The translations under genes were made by a program, and so were the position numbers. This document shows, one piece after another, positions 36,560 to 50,171 of a stretch of DNA of 64,000 bases (within the stretch, counting starts at the first letter, position 1; each line of letters starts with the position of its first letter). This stretch comes from Eledone cirrhosa (taxonomy: Eukaryota). The stretch covers positions 293,942,001-294,006,000 of the forward strand of contig OZ024743.1 in assembly GCA_964016885.1 (NCBI GenBank). Reading direction: 5' to 3'. Below the pieces are notes generated by a model. The model was not told where the DNA came from, made no database searches, and was given only the letters and a program-made list of their open reading frames with translations.

Positions 36560-36770
36560 AACACTAGAGAAGTTCGTTAATTTCGGCGTTCTTGGACTCC
36601 GGATCACATCCCTGCTCGCTGCTCTCGGGATGGAGTTGGCTGCCTACAGATTCACGCCCCACGAGGTGGAGTGGCTGTTCCAGACCGTCTCGTTAGACGT
36701 CCTCCAGAGCAATGCATTTTCCATCCTGTCGTCCGGGAGCTTATTTGGTGGTGGAGGATACTCGTTCTGA
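36560..36770 (+). pseudogene. Second, older CRE-like C-terminal fragment
   Basis: FGVLGLRITSLLAALGMELA...EVEWLFQTVSLDVLQSNAFSILS aligns to the 29482-29679 translation. Confidence 0.65.
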
Positions 36771-37449
36771 CGTCCTTTTCACACATGTATTGGGTGCTTT
36801 TTTAAAACTGTTGTATTTATTCATTCTTGACAGTAACTGTAAGTCAAATATACAGCTGTGTCACATTCTGTCACGTTAATTCCGTTTGAGAATTCCGTTA
36901 AAAATAATACACGTGTCTGTGGAATACTCAGCCATTTTGAAGGCTAATTCAATGAGTAGGTAATTGAAGTGATCGAACAATTGAGGGAAGAGTCCTTTAT
37001 TATCATTACTAGCAGAAACACCACACTTCGGTTGGTTTTCTGCTAGCATGTGAAGTGTGCATATTGATATTATACGCAAATATATATACATATAGATATG
37101 ATATATCAAATGAAATCGTAATTGGCAATATGCACAGAAATTGAACGAAGTCTCTTCTGTAATCAGTAAAGTAATCCATTATACATTTAAACATTTTTCA
37201 CATATAAACTGCATTAAGAGAAAATTAGCGACGGCAATATATGAATGTTTATATAAGAGATTTAATAAATGTTATAATATAACGGGCGCTAACCGGAAGT
37301 GTTGACATTTGAAAATTTTGAAGAAATGAATCTTAAAATAAGCAATAAAATTATTTATATTTAATCAAGAGTTACGAAATTTATTACATAAATTACGTAA
37401 TATTGATTCATTATTTATTCAAAGTAATCCAACTTATTTTACAAACGAG

Positions 37450-40400
37450 ATCATCATCATCATCATCATCAACGTTTAACGTCCGTGTTCCACGCTTGCA
37501 TGGGTTTGGACGGGGGTAGTCCCACTTGAGGCAAGAGTGATTGTCTTGCTCGCATAGGACTGTCTGGCAGGTTTTCTACAGTTGGATGCCCTTCCTAACA
37601 CCAACCACATTTACAGTGTGGGTCTGGGAGGTTTTTACCGTGTTGCCTACACGGCCACATTACAGCGTGGACTGTGTGTTTTTTTGTCGTGACACCTACA
37701 CGATCTCATTTGTTTCGGCCTCGATGGCGCGGCACCAACATAACTTTACATAGAACGGGGTGGTGTGGATCGGGTGGGGGTGGTGGTGGTGGGACGGGGT
37801 GTATTTTGTTAGAGATGCCTACTGGCTGGAGTAGGTTTTACTATATATTTAGGTAAGGCGGGTCTTCTCTGTTACTGAGTACCGCCAAAGGTCTCGGTCC
37901 AGTGACATTGTCTTGGAGAGGTGTAAGTGTGTGATGTCGGAGTTTATCAGCTCGTCCCAGGTTTTTCTAGGTCTGCCTATTCCGTGACTACCGTCTATCT
38001 TTATTGCCCTGCACTTTGTTATACAGCTATCGACTTTCATGCGCATCACGTGTCCATACCAACGTAGCCTTCTCTCGAGTAAACAACATCTGATCCCTCT
38101 TATCTCTAATTTTTTCCTTAGTTCGTTTATGCTTTGCCGTTCACGTATATTACTGTTACACATCCAGCGGAGCATGCAAGCTTCGTTCCTCTCTAGTCTG
38201 CGTATATCCTCTGCACACAATGCCCAGGTCTCACTGCCATGCAGCATTGCTGTTCGTATGCAGGCATCGTACAACCTGCCTTTCATTTTTAGTGAGAACC
38301 CTTTAGCAGCTAATAGTGGTATAAGCTCTCTGAACTTTTTCCAACCAGTTCTGACTCTAGCTACAGTACTTTCAGAGCACCCTCCCCCACTGCTGATTTT
38401 ATCGCCCAGGTAACGGAAGCTGTCCACTATTTCTATAGAACCCTCTGCGCAATTGAAAGAGCTAGTAGTTTGTGGGCACTTGCTGCTACTTATTGCACCA
38501 GAGCACCGGCCACATGTAAAATCTATGTTCTTAGTTAGCTTACCTGTGATCCCACTACATCTTTTATGCACCCATACTTTGCATTTAGGACATAAAATGG
38601 AGTTTCTACCTACGCCTTTCCTACACACCGAGCACGACCATTTCCCAGAAGGGACCGCCGCCTTGTTTTCTTTCCTACAAACTAGTACTTTGGTCTTAGC
38701 CAGGTTAATTTTAAGTCCTTTTCACTCTAGGCCGTGCTTCCATGTTTGGAATTTCTTCTCTAGCTCGGCCATTGATTCCGCTATGAGTGTCAGGTCGTCT
38801 GCGTATAGGAGTTCCCATGGGCAGCTGGTCTTGAACTCCTCTGTTATAGCCTGAAGGGCAATAATAAATAGTAGTGGGCTGAGAACAGAGCCCCGATGGA
38901 CGCCAACTTTTACGCTAAACTCTTCACTATATTCGTTGTTAATTCTAACCTTGCTGACTGTTTCTTTATACATGGCTTGTATAGCCCTCACAAGCCATTC
39001 GTCAACGCCTAGTTTTCTAAGAGCCCACCAGATAATGGAGCGGGGGACTCTATCGAAGGCTTTCTCCAAGTCGACAAAAGCTAAGTAGAGGGGTTTACCT
39101 TTAGCTAGGTACTTCTCCTGTAGTTGTCGTACTATGAAAAGAGCGTCTGTGGTACTTTTGCCTGACACAAACCCGAACTGCATTTCATCTAGGTCAATTC
39201 TCTCTCTGATTAGTTGCGCTATTACTTTTTCCGTGACCTTCATGACCTGGTCGATTAATTTAATGCCTCTATAGTTACTCCTATCTAGGGCGTCTCCTTT
39301 ACCCTTATAACAGTTAACGATGATGCTGCTATGCCAGTCCTTCGGAACAACCTCATTCTGTACGACTTGGTTAACTATGCAGGTGACCATGGTGTGTCCC
39401 ACCGTGCCAGATGCCTTCAGCATCTCAGCAACTATTTCCGAAGGCCCAGCCGCCTTACCCGTCTTCATATCCTTGATTGCCTTACTTATTATACTCCCCT
39501 CGACTAACACTGCTGGTCCCTCTATTGGGTCGATATGGGGGAGACTGCCTTTCTCCCAATCATTCTCCTCATTTAGTAGCCTTTCATAGTGACACTTCCA
39601 AGCTACCTTCTTATCAGCGTCGGTGATGGCAAGTGTGCCATCGTCGTTTAGTACACACTTCTTCCCGACAATATCACGGTTTTCCTTGACGCATTGCCTA
39701 GCAATCCTGAACACCTCACGTTTTTGGTCATCGCGTTGTAGAACATGCTTGAACTTTCTTTCCTCAGCTTCCCTTCTTGCTAAGTACACTTGTCTCCTAG
39801 CTTCCCTCCTGGCCACTTGATAGTCCTCTCTACTTCCCCCATCCCGCCATACTTTCCAAGCCTGCTTTTTGGCCTTAATTGACCCCTCCACCTTACTGTT
39901 CCACCACCATGTTACTCTCCTCCTGCCTACAGGCCTGCTCCAGCCACAGACTTCGTCTGTCGCCAACAGCAGGTTTGCTTTCAGAAATTCCCACTCTCCC
40001 TCTATATTGTCCGACTCTAAATGTTCTTCCTTACTGTCGAAAGCATCAAGTAATATGCTTTGAAATTTATTCCTGGCTGTGGGGTCCTTTAGCTTCCATA
40101 TTTTCCTCCTGAGGATAGTCCTCTTCTGTTGTCGAGTACGTCTCGTCCTGACTATGAGGTCGCTAATTATCAGTCTATGTTGGGAGGTGCATTCTTCATG
40201 GGGGAGGGATTTAGTGTTTACAACAGACACTCTGTCACGTCTTCTGGTAAGGATATAATCTACCTGGCTTGTGTGTTCCCCGGATCTATAGGTGATCAGG
40301 TGATTGTCACGTTTTTTGAAGTTAGTGTTACAGATAGTTAGGTTATTTGCATCACAGAATTCCAGGATTCTGGAGCCTTCCTCATTTCTAGTACCAAACC

Positions 40401-41250
40401 CATAGCCTCCATGGATTTCGTCGTAGCCGTCACAATGTTGTCCAACGTGACCATTTAGGTCGCCTGCGATAATTATATAGTCACTGTCGGATATTTGGGA
40501 GGTAGTTAGCATCAGTGTCTCATAGAATCTGTCTTTTATAGTGCCGGGCAGTCCGGATTGGGGTGCGTACGCAGATATTACTGTCACCGTAGTTCTATTG
40601 AGGACAAGTCGTATTTTAATTATTCTGTCGTTCACTCTATTTACGTCTATTATCTTATCTGCCCACTTTTCTGCTACCATGATTCCTACTCCACCCAGCC
40701 CATCGTCGTTTCCCACCCAGAAAAGCTTATAACATCGTTTTTTACCCTCAATGAACCTAGCAGACCCACCCCTCCACCTGGTCTCTTGAATACAACAAAC
40801 ATCGACCTCCTTACGTTCAAGCATTTCTACAACCTCGTTAGCGCGACCCTTTAGGGTGCCTACATTTATGGTACCAACTCTGAAGTTTTGGATTGCGTTT
40901 GGGGGTTGTGGGCGGTGGGGGGCGGGGGGCGATGGGGTTATGTTAGCCGTCCGCGGTCGAAACAATGAGGAGTGCTCGCATTCTCGTCCAAGAGGTGAAT
41001 TTGTCTTTATCTTTGGCATTGTCGCTGAGCGTCCAGATTTTTCTCTCTCTCACCTCCACTCTCCAGGATTCCGCAGTCCATCCATCCATCATATATCGAA
41101 AGGCAACCAGGCAAGCGATAGTATAGGCCTCTGGTTTCTGATTAGTCCGCGTAATAATACTGGTGATGCGTGGGGGCTCTGTTTTATGATTGGTCCACGT
41201 AATAGCAATGGTGGTGCGTGGGGGTGGGAGGGAGGGGTGTTGGGTAGCTA
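37450..41250 (-). mobile_element. RTE-clade LINE, near full-length
   Basis: Single long APE-RT frame; ~380-nt 3' UTR ending in a (TGA)n tail at 37450-37470; 5' boundary uncertain. Confidence 0.92.
37849..41019 (-). pseudogene. RTE ORF (APE + RT + Cys/His finger), 1056 codons with one in-frame TGA at 38722-38724
   Basis: GTINVGTL, IQETRW, AYAPQ, GDLNGH, QVDYIL; DLEKAFDRV, GSVLSPLLF, YADD; GLE*KGLKINLAKTK continues in the same frame into CSVC...CPKC..WVH.RC...CGRC. Confidence 0.92.
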
Positions 41251-41545
41251 GCAAGAAGGTAATGATTGAATGGGGTCCTTGCATTTAACAAGCGATTAAC
41301 AAAAATACAAAATTTGTTCTGTTAAATACGCCCAAAAACTTTCGTATTTAACAATTAATAGAAACAGAAAATGTAGTTTGTTTTAGCGATAGATTGGCTA
41401 TTTGGGCTTGATACGAAATATGGATTGTTTTGAAAATACGCTAGAATTAAGATTTGTGGAGGGAGAGAAATGAAATCCGTACATTACGTTTACATGAATA
41501 TCGTGGATAGACAGCAAGCAATGAAATTTGGCGAAGTGAATTCCT

Positions 41546-41635
<90 letters not shown>

Positions 41636-42375
41636 GAGAGAGAGAGGGGGGTGGCCACATGATGGCTGTGTGTGTTAGGCGTTTGACCGCCCCGTGCCTT
41701 CGAAGAAGGAAGAAGGAAAGGATTTTGTTTTTTTTTGTTTTGAAGATACGCTAGAATTAGGGATTGAGGTTTGAAAATACGTTAGGAATTAAGGTTTGAA
41801 AATAGCTAGCAAGAAGGTAATGATTGAATGGGGTCCTTGCATTTAGGCGTTTGACCGCCCCATGCCTTCGAAGAAGGAAGAAGGAAAGGATTTTGTTTTT
41901 TTGTTTTGAAGATACGCTAGAATTAGGGATTGAGGTTTGAAAATACGTTAGGAAGAGATAAAGAAATATATTCTGGATGCAGTCCTAGACTCTTCTCTTT
42001 ATTATACACTTTGCATAACATGTTTTTCAATTTTTGTTTAACTTGTTGTAGTGGAACTCGAAAGACATGAGTGTTACGACGTTAGTATAACACTAGTACG
42101 AGTGTAATCGACCGCGAAAAGCAAATTTATCACCGTAAAAAAATGTCTTATGGAACTTGTAACACTTCTTTGTACCCTGAATTCAAATGCCACCAAGGTC
42201 AATTTTTTGTTTTATCTTTTTACAGTAGAGACATTAAAAGACCAGTCTATAGAATAGAATTGGCGATACTTTAGGAACATCAGATGAAAGACCGAGTGAA
42301 ATTAGCTGCGGCTTTTTGCATTGTAAGAAAAAAACATTACTGACTGACTGAATTAATCTGTAGCTAGATTTAACA

Positions 42376-42454
<79 letters not shown>

Positions 42455-42460
42455 GAATAT

Positions 42461-42514
<54 letters not shown>

Positions 42515-44497
42515 ATATTAGAATATAAATATGAATAAAATGTTCTTTTGATCAATTACATTTTATTATACATATTTCGGAGGTACAACAGTACATCCTC
42601 ATCAGACAAAATATAATGTTACATGACATACCCTGAGATGTTAAATGGTTAAGATTTAATCAAGGTAGTGATTAACCTAAGAGAAAATTTAACATTTATA
42701 CCCTAATAATGAGAAAATGCGAAAACGTAATAAATTTAATAGAGAATGTGTGAGTAAGAAAAACGTTGCTTCATGTAACAGTCATCGAGATTTTAATATG
42801 TATGATACTACATTTTATCCAGGAAAGCATTTCATGAATTATAACAGTCAGCGAGAGAGTGGGGGAAAGATGAGGGGGGTAATGTATGCAGAAGGAGATT
42901 TGTTTCCCAAAGTTAAACGGTTAAGTTTGAAAATATTTAATTTATGTTATCTTAGGGTGAAGAATCGATATTTTAGGGGTTTTTTTTTAAATTGGTGGTT
43001 ATTTATATATTAGTTTTGTAAACTTTATAAGTGTGTTAACATTTCTAAGCTTCTGAATTTTTTGATGATAAGATTTAAAGGGTTTAGCTGGCCATTATTA
43101 AGGAAAGTTTACACTGTTGAATATTTTCCTAAATGTAATCTTTAATGAAGTTAGTCATTGTCAACGTATTAGGTATGTAAAGCTTTTGAAGTACTTATTG
43201 TTAGAACAATTTAAATAACGGTTATGTATATAGATATATATTAATTAATGAGCCAATATATTTTAGGTAAATGATAAAGAAAATAAAATTAAAATTAAAT
43301 AATAAATTGAGGCATGTTAAAACTAAATATATACCCATATATAACCGTGTGTACATGTATTAATTATTCCTAGCTCAAAGTAAAAACAATAAAAAAATTT
43401 AGAAATTAACTGAAAATTATGTATAGAAAGATACTGGGAGTTATATATGGATATATCTTATATTAGGTATTAGTGATACAGTATACTTTAGGTAAATGAT
43501 AACGGTTATAATTTTATATAATAAAGTTCAACGTGTTAAAGTTAAATACATATATATATAAGAAAAACAATAATAAATGCATGGATAATTCATAGTTCAA
43601 AATAATGTTTATAATAATTTGTAATTTGGATATTTGCTCTATATTTGAATCATGGATATAAGAATGCGGTAGGTATATTTAAAAACATAGAACAAATATA
43701 ATTACATACATATTATAAATAAGAAATCAGAAACGCATGAACAATTCACAGTTATAAATAAGTTCAGTAAAGATGAAAGGGTTGGATATAAAACTCAGAT
43801 TTAAAACTTAAGTAGGAAGATAAGGATAGAGAAATAAAGAAATAATGGCATGGATCAAAGTTAACATAATAATGTTATGTGTATCAATGTTCCGGCATGT
43901 TATTGAACAAGTGTCTTTCATTCGAACGTTATTTCTTCTATAGATAGTTATAAGATAGTGCAATATTAAAGGCCACTAAAGTTTTTCCCTGTTGATTTTA
44001 TACGTCTGACAACGAAGGGTCTCGTAGTTATTAATAATCAATAGGGTCTCCATTTTACAGAGTGCGCAGTTATTTGATATACGAGAGTTGTGGTAAACCC
44101 CACAGTTCCGAAGTGTTGTCCAAAGAATGGAGTATTTTAAATTCTTCTCCTTTAATGACCATATGAGCTATTGAATTTATTACGTTTTCGCATTTTCTCA
44201 TTATTAGGGTATAAATGTTAAGTTTTCTCTTAGGTTAATCACTACCATGATTAAATCTTAACCATTTAACATCTCAGGGTATGTCATGTATCATTATATT
44301 TTGTCTGATGACGACGTACTGTTGTACATCCGAAATATGTATAATAAAATGTAATTGATCAAAAGAACATCTATTTTATTAATATTTATATTCTAATATT
44401 AATAACTCCGGAAAATAAATTTATCGTAGAGTGCTTCCAATCTACTGACAAACTGATTCTTTGATATACTCATTGAATTTTGTTTAACTCTTCAATA
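42515..44497. mobile_element. Old Penelope-like element: decayed RT on minus strand between ~230-bp inverted pLTRs, tail on the right
   Basis: Arms 42515-42742 and 44168-44398; minus-strand relics SELWGLPQL, KWRP, SYLSFKSEFYIQ, YIHD; HHR in each arm. Confidence 0.75.
44293..44355 (+). ncRNA. Minimal type I hammerhead ribozyme (inverted copy at 42555-42617)
   Basis: ATTATATTTTGT-CTGATGA-(GGATGTAC TGTT GTACATCC, consensus of both copies)-GAAA-T-ATGT-A-TA|ATAAAATGTAAT; 12-bp stem I. Confidence 0.82.
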
Positions 44498-44514
44498 TAT
44501 ATATATATATATAT

Positions 44515-44711
44515 ATGGATGAGGTTATAGTTCACTTCAAGCATTGTGTAATGAGGTATAAACGTTTGTATATGTATAATAAAGCCAAAACAATGCAGGT
44601 ATGGACATAGAATAAAGAATGCAAATTGTCAACAATATCTTTTGCATTTGCATTCTTTATTCTATGTCCATACCTGCATTGTTTTGGCTTTATTATACAT
44701 ATACAAACGTT

Positions 44712-44715
<4 letters not shown>
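44515..44715. repeat. ~70-bp perfect fold-back with a 40-bp left tail, between (TA)n tracts
   Basis: 44557-44626 is the reverse complement of 44646-44715. Confidence 0.85.
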
Positions 44716-44776
<61 letters not shown>

Positions 44777-45162
44777 GTGGGAAAGTAAACAATCGGAGAA
44801 TAGACCGTTAAAACATGTTTATTTAAAACAGCACCTACATACGTTTCGCCCAGTTGGGCTTCTCAAGGGCATAAATAATCACAAGTGTTCCTTATATTGC
44901 TCGGAAAGAGTTTTGGGGGTTAAATCCACATCAAGGTTCATTGCTCGCAAAAATATCTTGTTTTGATTTTGCAGCAGGTCAAGGGAGGTAACTCTGGCCG
45001 GTGTTAGGGCAGTCTCTCCCGGACAATTTTTTTTTTCTTTTTTGCCGCATCCGTTTGTCTGAGGCTGGGTCTGGTATGCAAGGATTGTTTCCTGGGTGTT
45101 ATTTTGCAGCGCCTGCCCGCCGGGGTGTTAAGACTTGTTGCAGGGAGATCCAGTGTACTGTT

Positions 45163-47620
45163 TCACTCTTCCTCCTTCACCCATCTGAAGGAGGATATTT
45201 TTAAGCGATGTGTACAACTTATCACTGTTTCAGCTCTGCTGTGGATGAGCTCGTGGGGTGCAGTTATGATGTAGTAGAGCTCCATGAGGCAAAGATCGCA
45301 TTTCCTCTTGAAGTTGTACGGTGCAGCCCTGCCGACAATCTCCCAGTGCGTGGAGAAGCTGATGTTTAAGTCCTTTAGTGATGTGATGTAGTCCGCGAGC
45401 GAAGTGGAGTGCCTTAGTTTTCTATTTGTGAAAGAGTGGAGATGTGTTCGAAACCTAATTTTGAATGGGCCGGAGGTGGCCCCTATATAATGTTTAACGC
45501 TATTGTGGCTAGTAATAGTGCATCTATATATAACCCTATCAGTCAAGCAGTATCCTCTAAGTGGGCAGCGTCCTCTGTCGCGGCAGTTGCAATTTCTGTC
45601 GCGGTTCCGTCTATTTCCCACGGTAAGGCTATCATTGTTGCTGCCTACGTTGTTACCTACGCTACCGCAGCCGTCGTTCGCACAATTACAACCCACAGCA
45701 CGCGGGGTGGTGTGATTGTTATTCCGCACGTCATGTTCTGCATGTTCCCCAGTCATTTCGCGGTTATTCTGGTTGCGTCTGCGGATGCCGTTGCCAACAC
45801 TATTGGATGCTGCCAGGGAGTTGTTAAGGCCGATATAGTTATTGTCAGGTGTAGGTGCGTCTGTGTCGAGGTGCTGTGTCTTGGTGATCTTACTGTGGTT
45901 CGTTGTTCCTATGATGTCTGCTAGGTTAGGAGTAGTAGAGAAGGATATTTTTATATTGTTCCTATTAAGAATTTTTCTATACCGATGGTTGGGCGGGAAG
46001 TTCTTCTCTAAGGCTTCGAAGAACATCCGGGTTATGTTGGAGGCCACACTCCGAAAGTAGGGAGGGGGTGGGGTGGAACCATAAGACGTTACGGTGGCGA
46101 TTACGTGTCCTTGTACTTTTGTAAGGGTGGTTCCATCTAAGTGACCGCTCTTATGTGTGTTAATGCGCAGTCGCCCGTTCGGTGCCCCTTTCACTTTATG
46201 CTCGGGTGCACCTTTTCTACCTCTTCCATGTTTATGTACACGAAGATGTTGGTTGGAAGGCGTGGGTAGTAGGCCGTCGCCTTTGTTGGTTTTGTAATAG
46301 GGGAATAGTTTGAGTAATCTACAGTGTTCACCGTCGCCGGGGACGTGATCTTTGGTGCGGTTATCTATTCTATTATATCCGAATTCAACGAGGTCGCCGC
46401 GTGATCGGTTATAGGTATGGCTTACTATAACGTTAGTTTTATGAGGAGGGTGGTTTCTAGAGCTAGCGTTAGGGATGTAGGAAATTCCTCGGTTAAAGCC
46501 GGCGCTTATCAGGGCCCTATTGTAGTAATCTGCCGCTTGGTTGAAGATATCCTCATTGGCGGATAGCCTCGAGATTCTATGTGAGATACTATAGACTATG
46601 GAGTTGAGAGTCTGCTTAGGGTGGTTGGAGGCATAATTAATATAAGAGAGGCACTCTCCAGGCTTATGGTATGGCTTGTATAAACCCGTACTCAACTCCA
46701 GGGTCACGTCCAGGAAGTTGACAACCCTGTGGTTGAGGTCCATAGTTACGGATAGGCCGTATGACAAAAGAACCTGTGTATATGTTTGTTAAGGTTCTCT
46801 ATCCTACGGGGGCTATGGTTCCTAACGGTAAACAGGGCGTCGTCCCTATATACACCTCCTTGTAGGGCCGGTATTTCTTCCCTAAGCTTATGTAGGAGGT
46901 ATATCCCGACCAGGTCAGTTGCTTGCGCTGAGTCACTGGACCCCATCGTGAAATCGAAGTTATCAGGACGGTTGGTTCTGGTCCAGTGGGAGCCTTCGAA
47001 CTGGATAATGGTTCTACGTGCCGCTAGAATTATGTCTATTTCTTTTTTAGTGAGACTAGTGTTAGATCTAGCTAAGATAAGTGCCTTATTTAAGAGTATG
47101 GGGGAGATAGAGGCGTAGTAACTATCTATATCAAACTGGATGAATTTCAGGGTGGCTTAATCCGGCAACTCGGTGAACCAATTTATGACTTGGTCGGTGT
47201 TGCCCCAGAGGCAGACCTTAGCCTTTCTATTAAGCTCCAGTAGTACTCTGTCGAGAATCACTTTACTAATCTTACCTATATCTGATGTAGAGGGGCATAT
47301 TAGTCTAATAGAGGGGCTTTCATTAACGTCATATTTGTGATCCTTAAGAGAGAATTTAGGCGTCAGAGGGACGTACGGGTTAGTGTATTTTTCTATTTCT
47401 AAGCTGGTGATTATATCATTCCCTACTCTATTTATGTCATTTAGGGTACTAGAGGGTGTCTTTTTGTAGTCTTTGTGTAGTTCCTTATAAATGAATTTTT
47501 TATACTCACTTGCGTCCATCTTGTACAGCTTTTTGGTTTTGTCGGAGGTGACGAAGAGGTGCGGGTCATTCTTGATCTTAGTTATTAGTGTATCAAGGGA
47601 CATTAAGAATGGATTGCTGC
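45163..47620 (-). pseudogene. Penelope (Naiad-type) RT + GIY-YIG ORF, 5'-truncated, with a stop and frameshifts
   Basis: SLKDHK...IRLICP, FIQFDIDSYYASI, MGSSDSAQATDLVG, GVYRDDAL, VNFLDVTL, SNHP, CNCR...CPL, VIY...YIG; TAA at 47157 and frameshift near 46768. Confidence 0.9.
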
Positions 47621-47621
47621 A

Positions 47622-48158
47622 TTGGTGGGTTGTAATTGTGCTAACGACAGCTGCGGTAGCGTAGGTAACAACGTAGGCAGCAACAATGATAGCCTTACCG
47701 TGGGAAATAGACGGAACCGCGACAGAAATTGCAACTGCCGCGACAGAAGACGCTGCCCACTTAGAGGATACCGGTTGACTGATAGGGTTATATATAGATG
47801 CACTATTACTAGCCACAATAGCGTTAAACATTATATAGGGGCCACCTCCGGCCCGTTCAAAATTAGGTTTCGAACACATCTCCACTCTTTCACAAATAGA
47901 AAACTAAGGCACTCCACTTCGCTCGCGGACTACATCACATCACTAAAGGACTTAAACATCAGCTTCTCCACGCACTGGGAGATTGTCGGTAGGGCTGCAC
48001 CGTACAACTTCAAGAGGAAATGCGATCTTTGCCTCATGGAGCTCTACTACATCATAACTGCACCCCACGAGCTCATCAACAGCAGAGCTGAAACAGCGAT
48101 AAGTTGTACACATCGCTTAAAAATATCCTTCTTCAGATGGGTTAAGGAGGAAGAGTGA
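47622..48158 (+). pseudogene. Inverted duplicate of the GIY-YIG domain
   Basis: Near-identical to the C-terminus of ORF 45163..46767. Confidence 0.9.
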
Positions 48159-48450
48159 AACAGTACACTGGATCTCCCTGCAACAATTCGTAACACTCCG
48201 GCGGGCAGGCGCTGCAAAATAACACCCAGGAAACAATCCTTGCATACCAGACCCAACCTCAGACAAACGGATGCGGCAAAAAAGAAAAAAAAACAATTGT
48301 CCGGGAAAGACTGCCCCAACACCGGCCAGAGTTACCTCCCTTGACCTGCTGCAAAATCAAAACAAGATATTTTTGCGAGCAATGAACCTTGATGTGGATT
48401 TAACCCCCAAAACTCTTTCCGAGCAATATAAGGAACACTTGTGATTATTT

Positions 48451-48493
48451 ATGCCCTTGAGAAGCCCAACTGAGCGAAACGTACGTAGGTGCT
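48451..48493 (+). ncRNA. Hammerhead ribozyme, U3/A8 core variant (inverted copy ~44830-44872)
   Basis: GCCC-TTGAGAA-GCCC AACT G(G/A)GC-GAAAC-GTAC-GTA|GGTGC; palindromic stem III ACGTACGT; weak stem I. Confidence 0.65.
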
Positions 48494-48754
48494 GTTTTAA
48501 ATAAACATGTTTTAACGGTCTATTCTCCGATTTTTTACTTTCCCACGTGCTTACGCTCTGCCAACTCTCTAGCCCACTAAATATTAACACTTCGAACATT
48601 TAATACTGCCGGCACTAGTATCGAGCACCTTTGGCATACGCTACTTGGCAAATAACTATATGTATCACCTATCCCCCCTTTTTTTCTCTTTCTTGATACG
48701 TAAATACTATATATATATATGTATATATATATGTATATATATATATATATATAT

Positions 48755-49000
48755 ATTGAAGAGTTAAACTAAATTCAAGGAGTATATCAAAGAAAGAGTT
48801 TTACAGTAGATTGGAAGCACTCTACGAAAGAAAATATTTTCCCGAGTTATTAATATTAGAATATAAATATTAATAAAATAGATGGGAATATATATGGGAA
48901 TAGAAAAATGTATGACCCCGACGGCAGAGCTCCAGAAATACCCGTCGAAAGAGCTTGAGCTCTGCCGTCGGGTTGATACATTTTCCTATTCCCATATATG
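48755..49000 (-). mobile_element. Chimeric mini-element: tail of the 42.5-44.5 kb family joined to a hairpin of the 19.5 kb family
   Basis: 48755-48884 is the reverse complement of 44368-44497; 48890-49000 is a fold-back homologous to 19631-19778. Confidence 0.75.
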
Positions 49001-49658
49001 TGTTTTCTATTCGACGTGTGTGTGTGCACGAGTGTCTCAGTTCGGTTGTGTGTATGTATTTTCATGTGTGTATGTGTTTTAGTCTTGTCTTCTTAGTTGA
49101 ATGTGTTTATGTGTACGTTGTCGGTATATGTGTGTAAAGCGTATGTGTTAATGTAGCATTGCTCGTCTGAGAGAGTTTGCGTGGATTGTTAGTGGGAGTA
49201 TGTGCATGTGGTTATGTGTGTTTCTATATAAGCGTGTTTCTTCCTATCCGTATGTGTGTGTATTGAAGATAGAAGCTTACCTAGTTCAGATGGTAAAGGC
49301 TGTATTCCAGTTACGAAATAAGCTTCTTGAAGTGAACGTCATTAGTAAGGAAGCTATTTAGTTCCTAGTGGTGAATTGAATGGATGAAATGAAAGGAGTG
49401 GGATGCTTTAATACAAATGATTTGGCTGACAGAATTCAAAAGAATTAAAACAAAATTGAAAAGGGTTGTCTTGCAGTTCAGTTTGAAGTGGAAGTGCGCA
49501 TGTGTAATTCGGCTTATTATGTGTTTTTGTGTATTTGTGGGATGATATTTTTATTTTTGTTTGTGCATATGTGCGGGTATGTAGGTAAAAGTGGTGTGCA
49601 ATTAGTTCTTGATGGTGTGTGTGAGTGTCTCCGTCTGGGTGTGTATGTGTGCGTGTGT

Positions 49659-49766
<108 letters not shown>

Positions 49767-49969
49767 TAATTCCATCTTTGTATGTGTGTGTGTTTAGTTT
49801 ACAGTTATGAAATATACACATACTAAATCAGAAGGTAGATATATCTCTGATGTAATTGAAAAATGCACATAAAACTACATTAAAATTTTGCAAAGCAACA
49901 ACCAAAAGCTTATATATGAAGAGAAAATTGTATATGAGCTTAGACTTCATCATACATATAGGCATATTC

Positions 49970-50041
<72 letters not shown>

Positions 50042-50106
50042 GTGTATGTGCTTGTATGTATAAGTTATATGCGTATGTATATCAAATGAAAATGTTTTAT
50101 GTTATA

Positions 50107-50171
<65 letters not shown>

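Larger units (their letters stand above)
44775..48708. mobile_element. Naiad-type Penelope-like element: RT+GIY-YIG on minus strand, inverted GIY-YIG/3' UTR/tail on plus strand
   Basis: Inverted arms 44775-45696 and 47625-48548; tail 48549-48708; (TA)n on both sides. Confidence 0.93.

Noticed and set aside
47157-47885. 242-aa minus-strand ORF as a novel protein
   Set aside because: Artefact of the inversion junction: antisense GIY-YIG fused to a Penelope RT segment.
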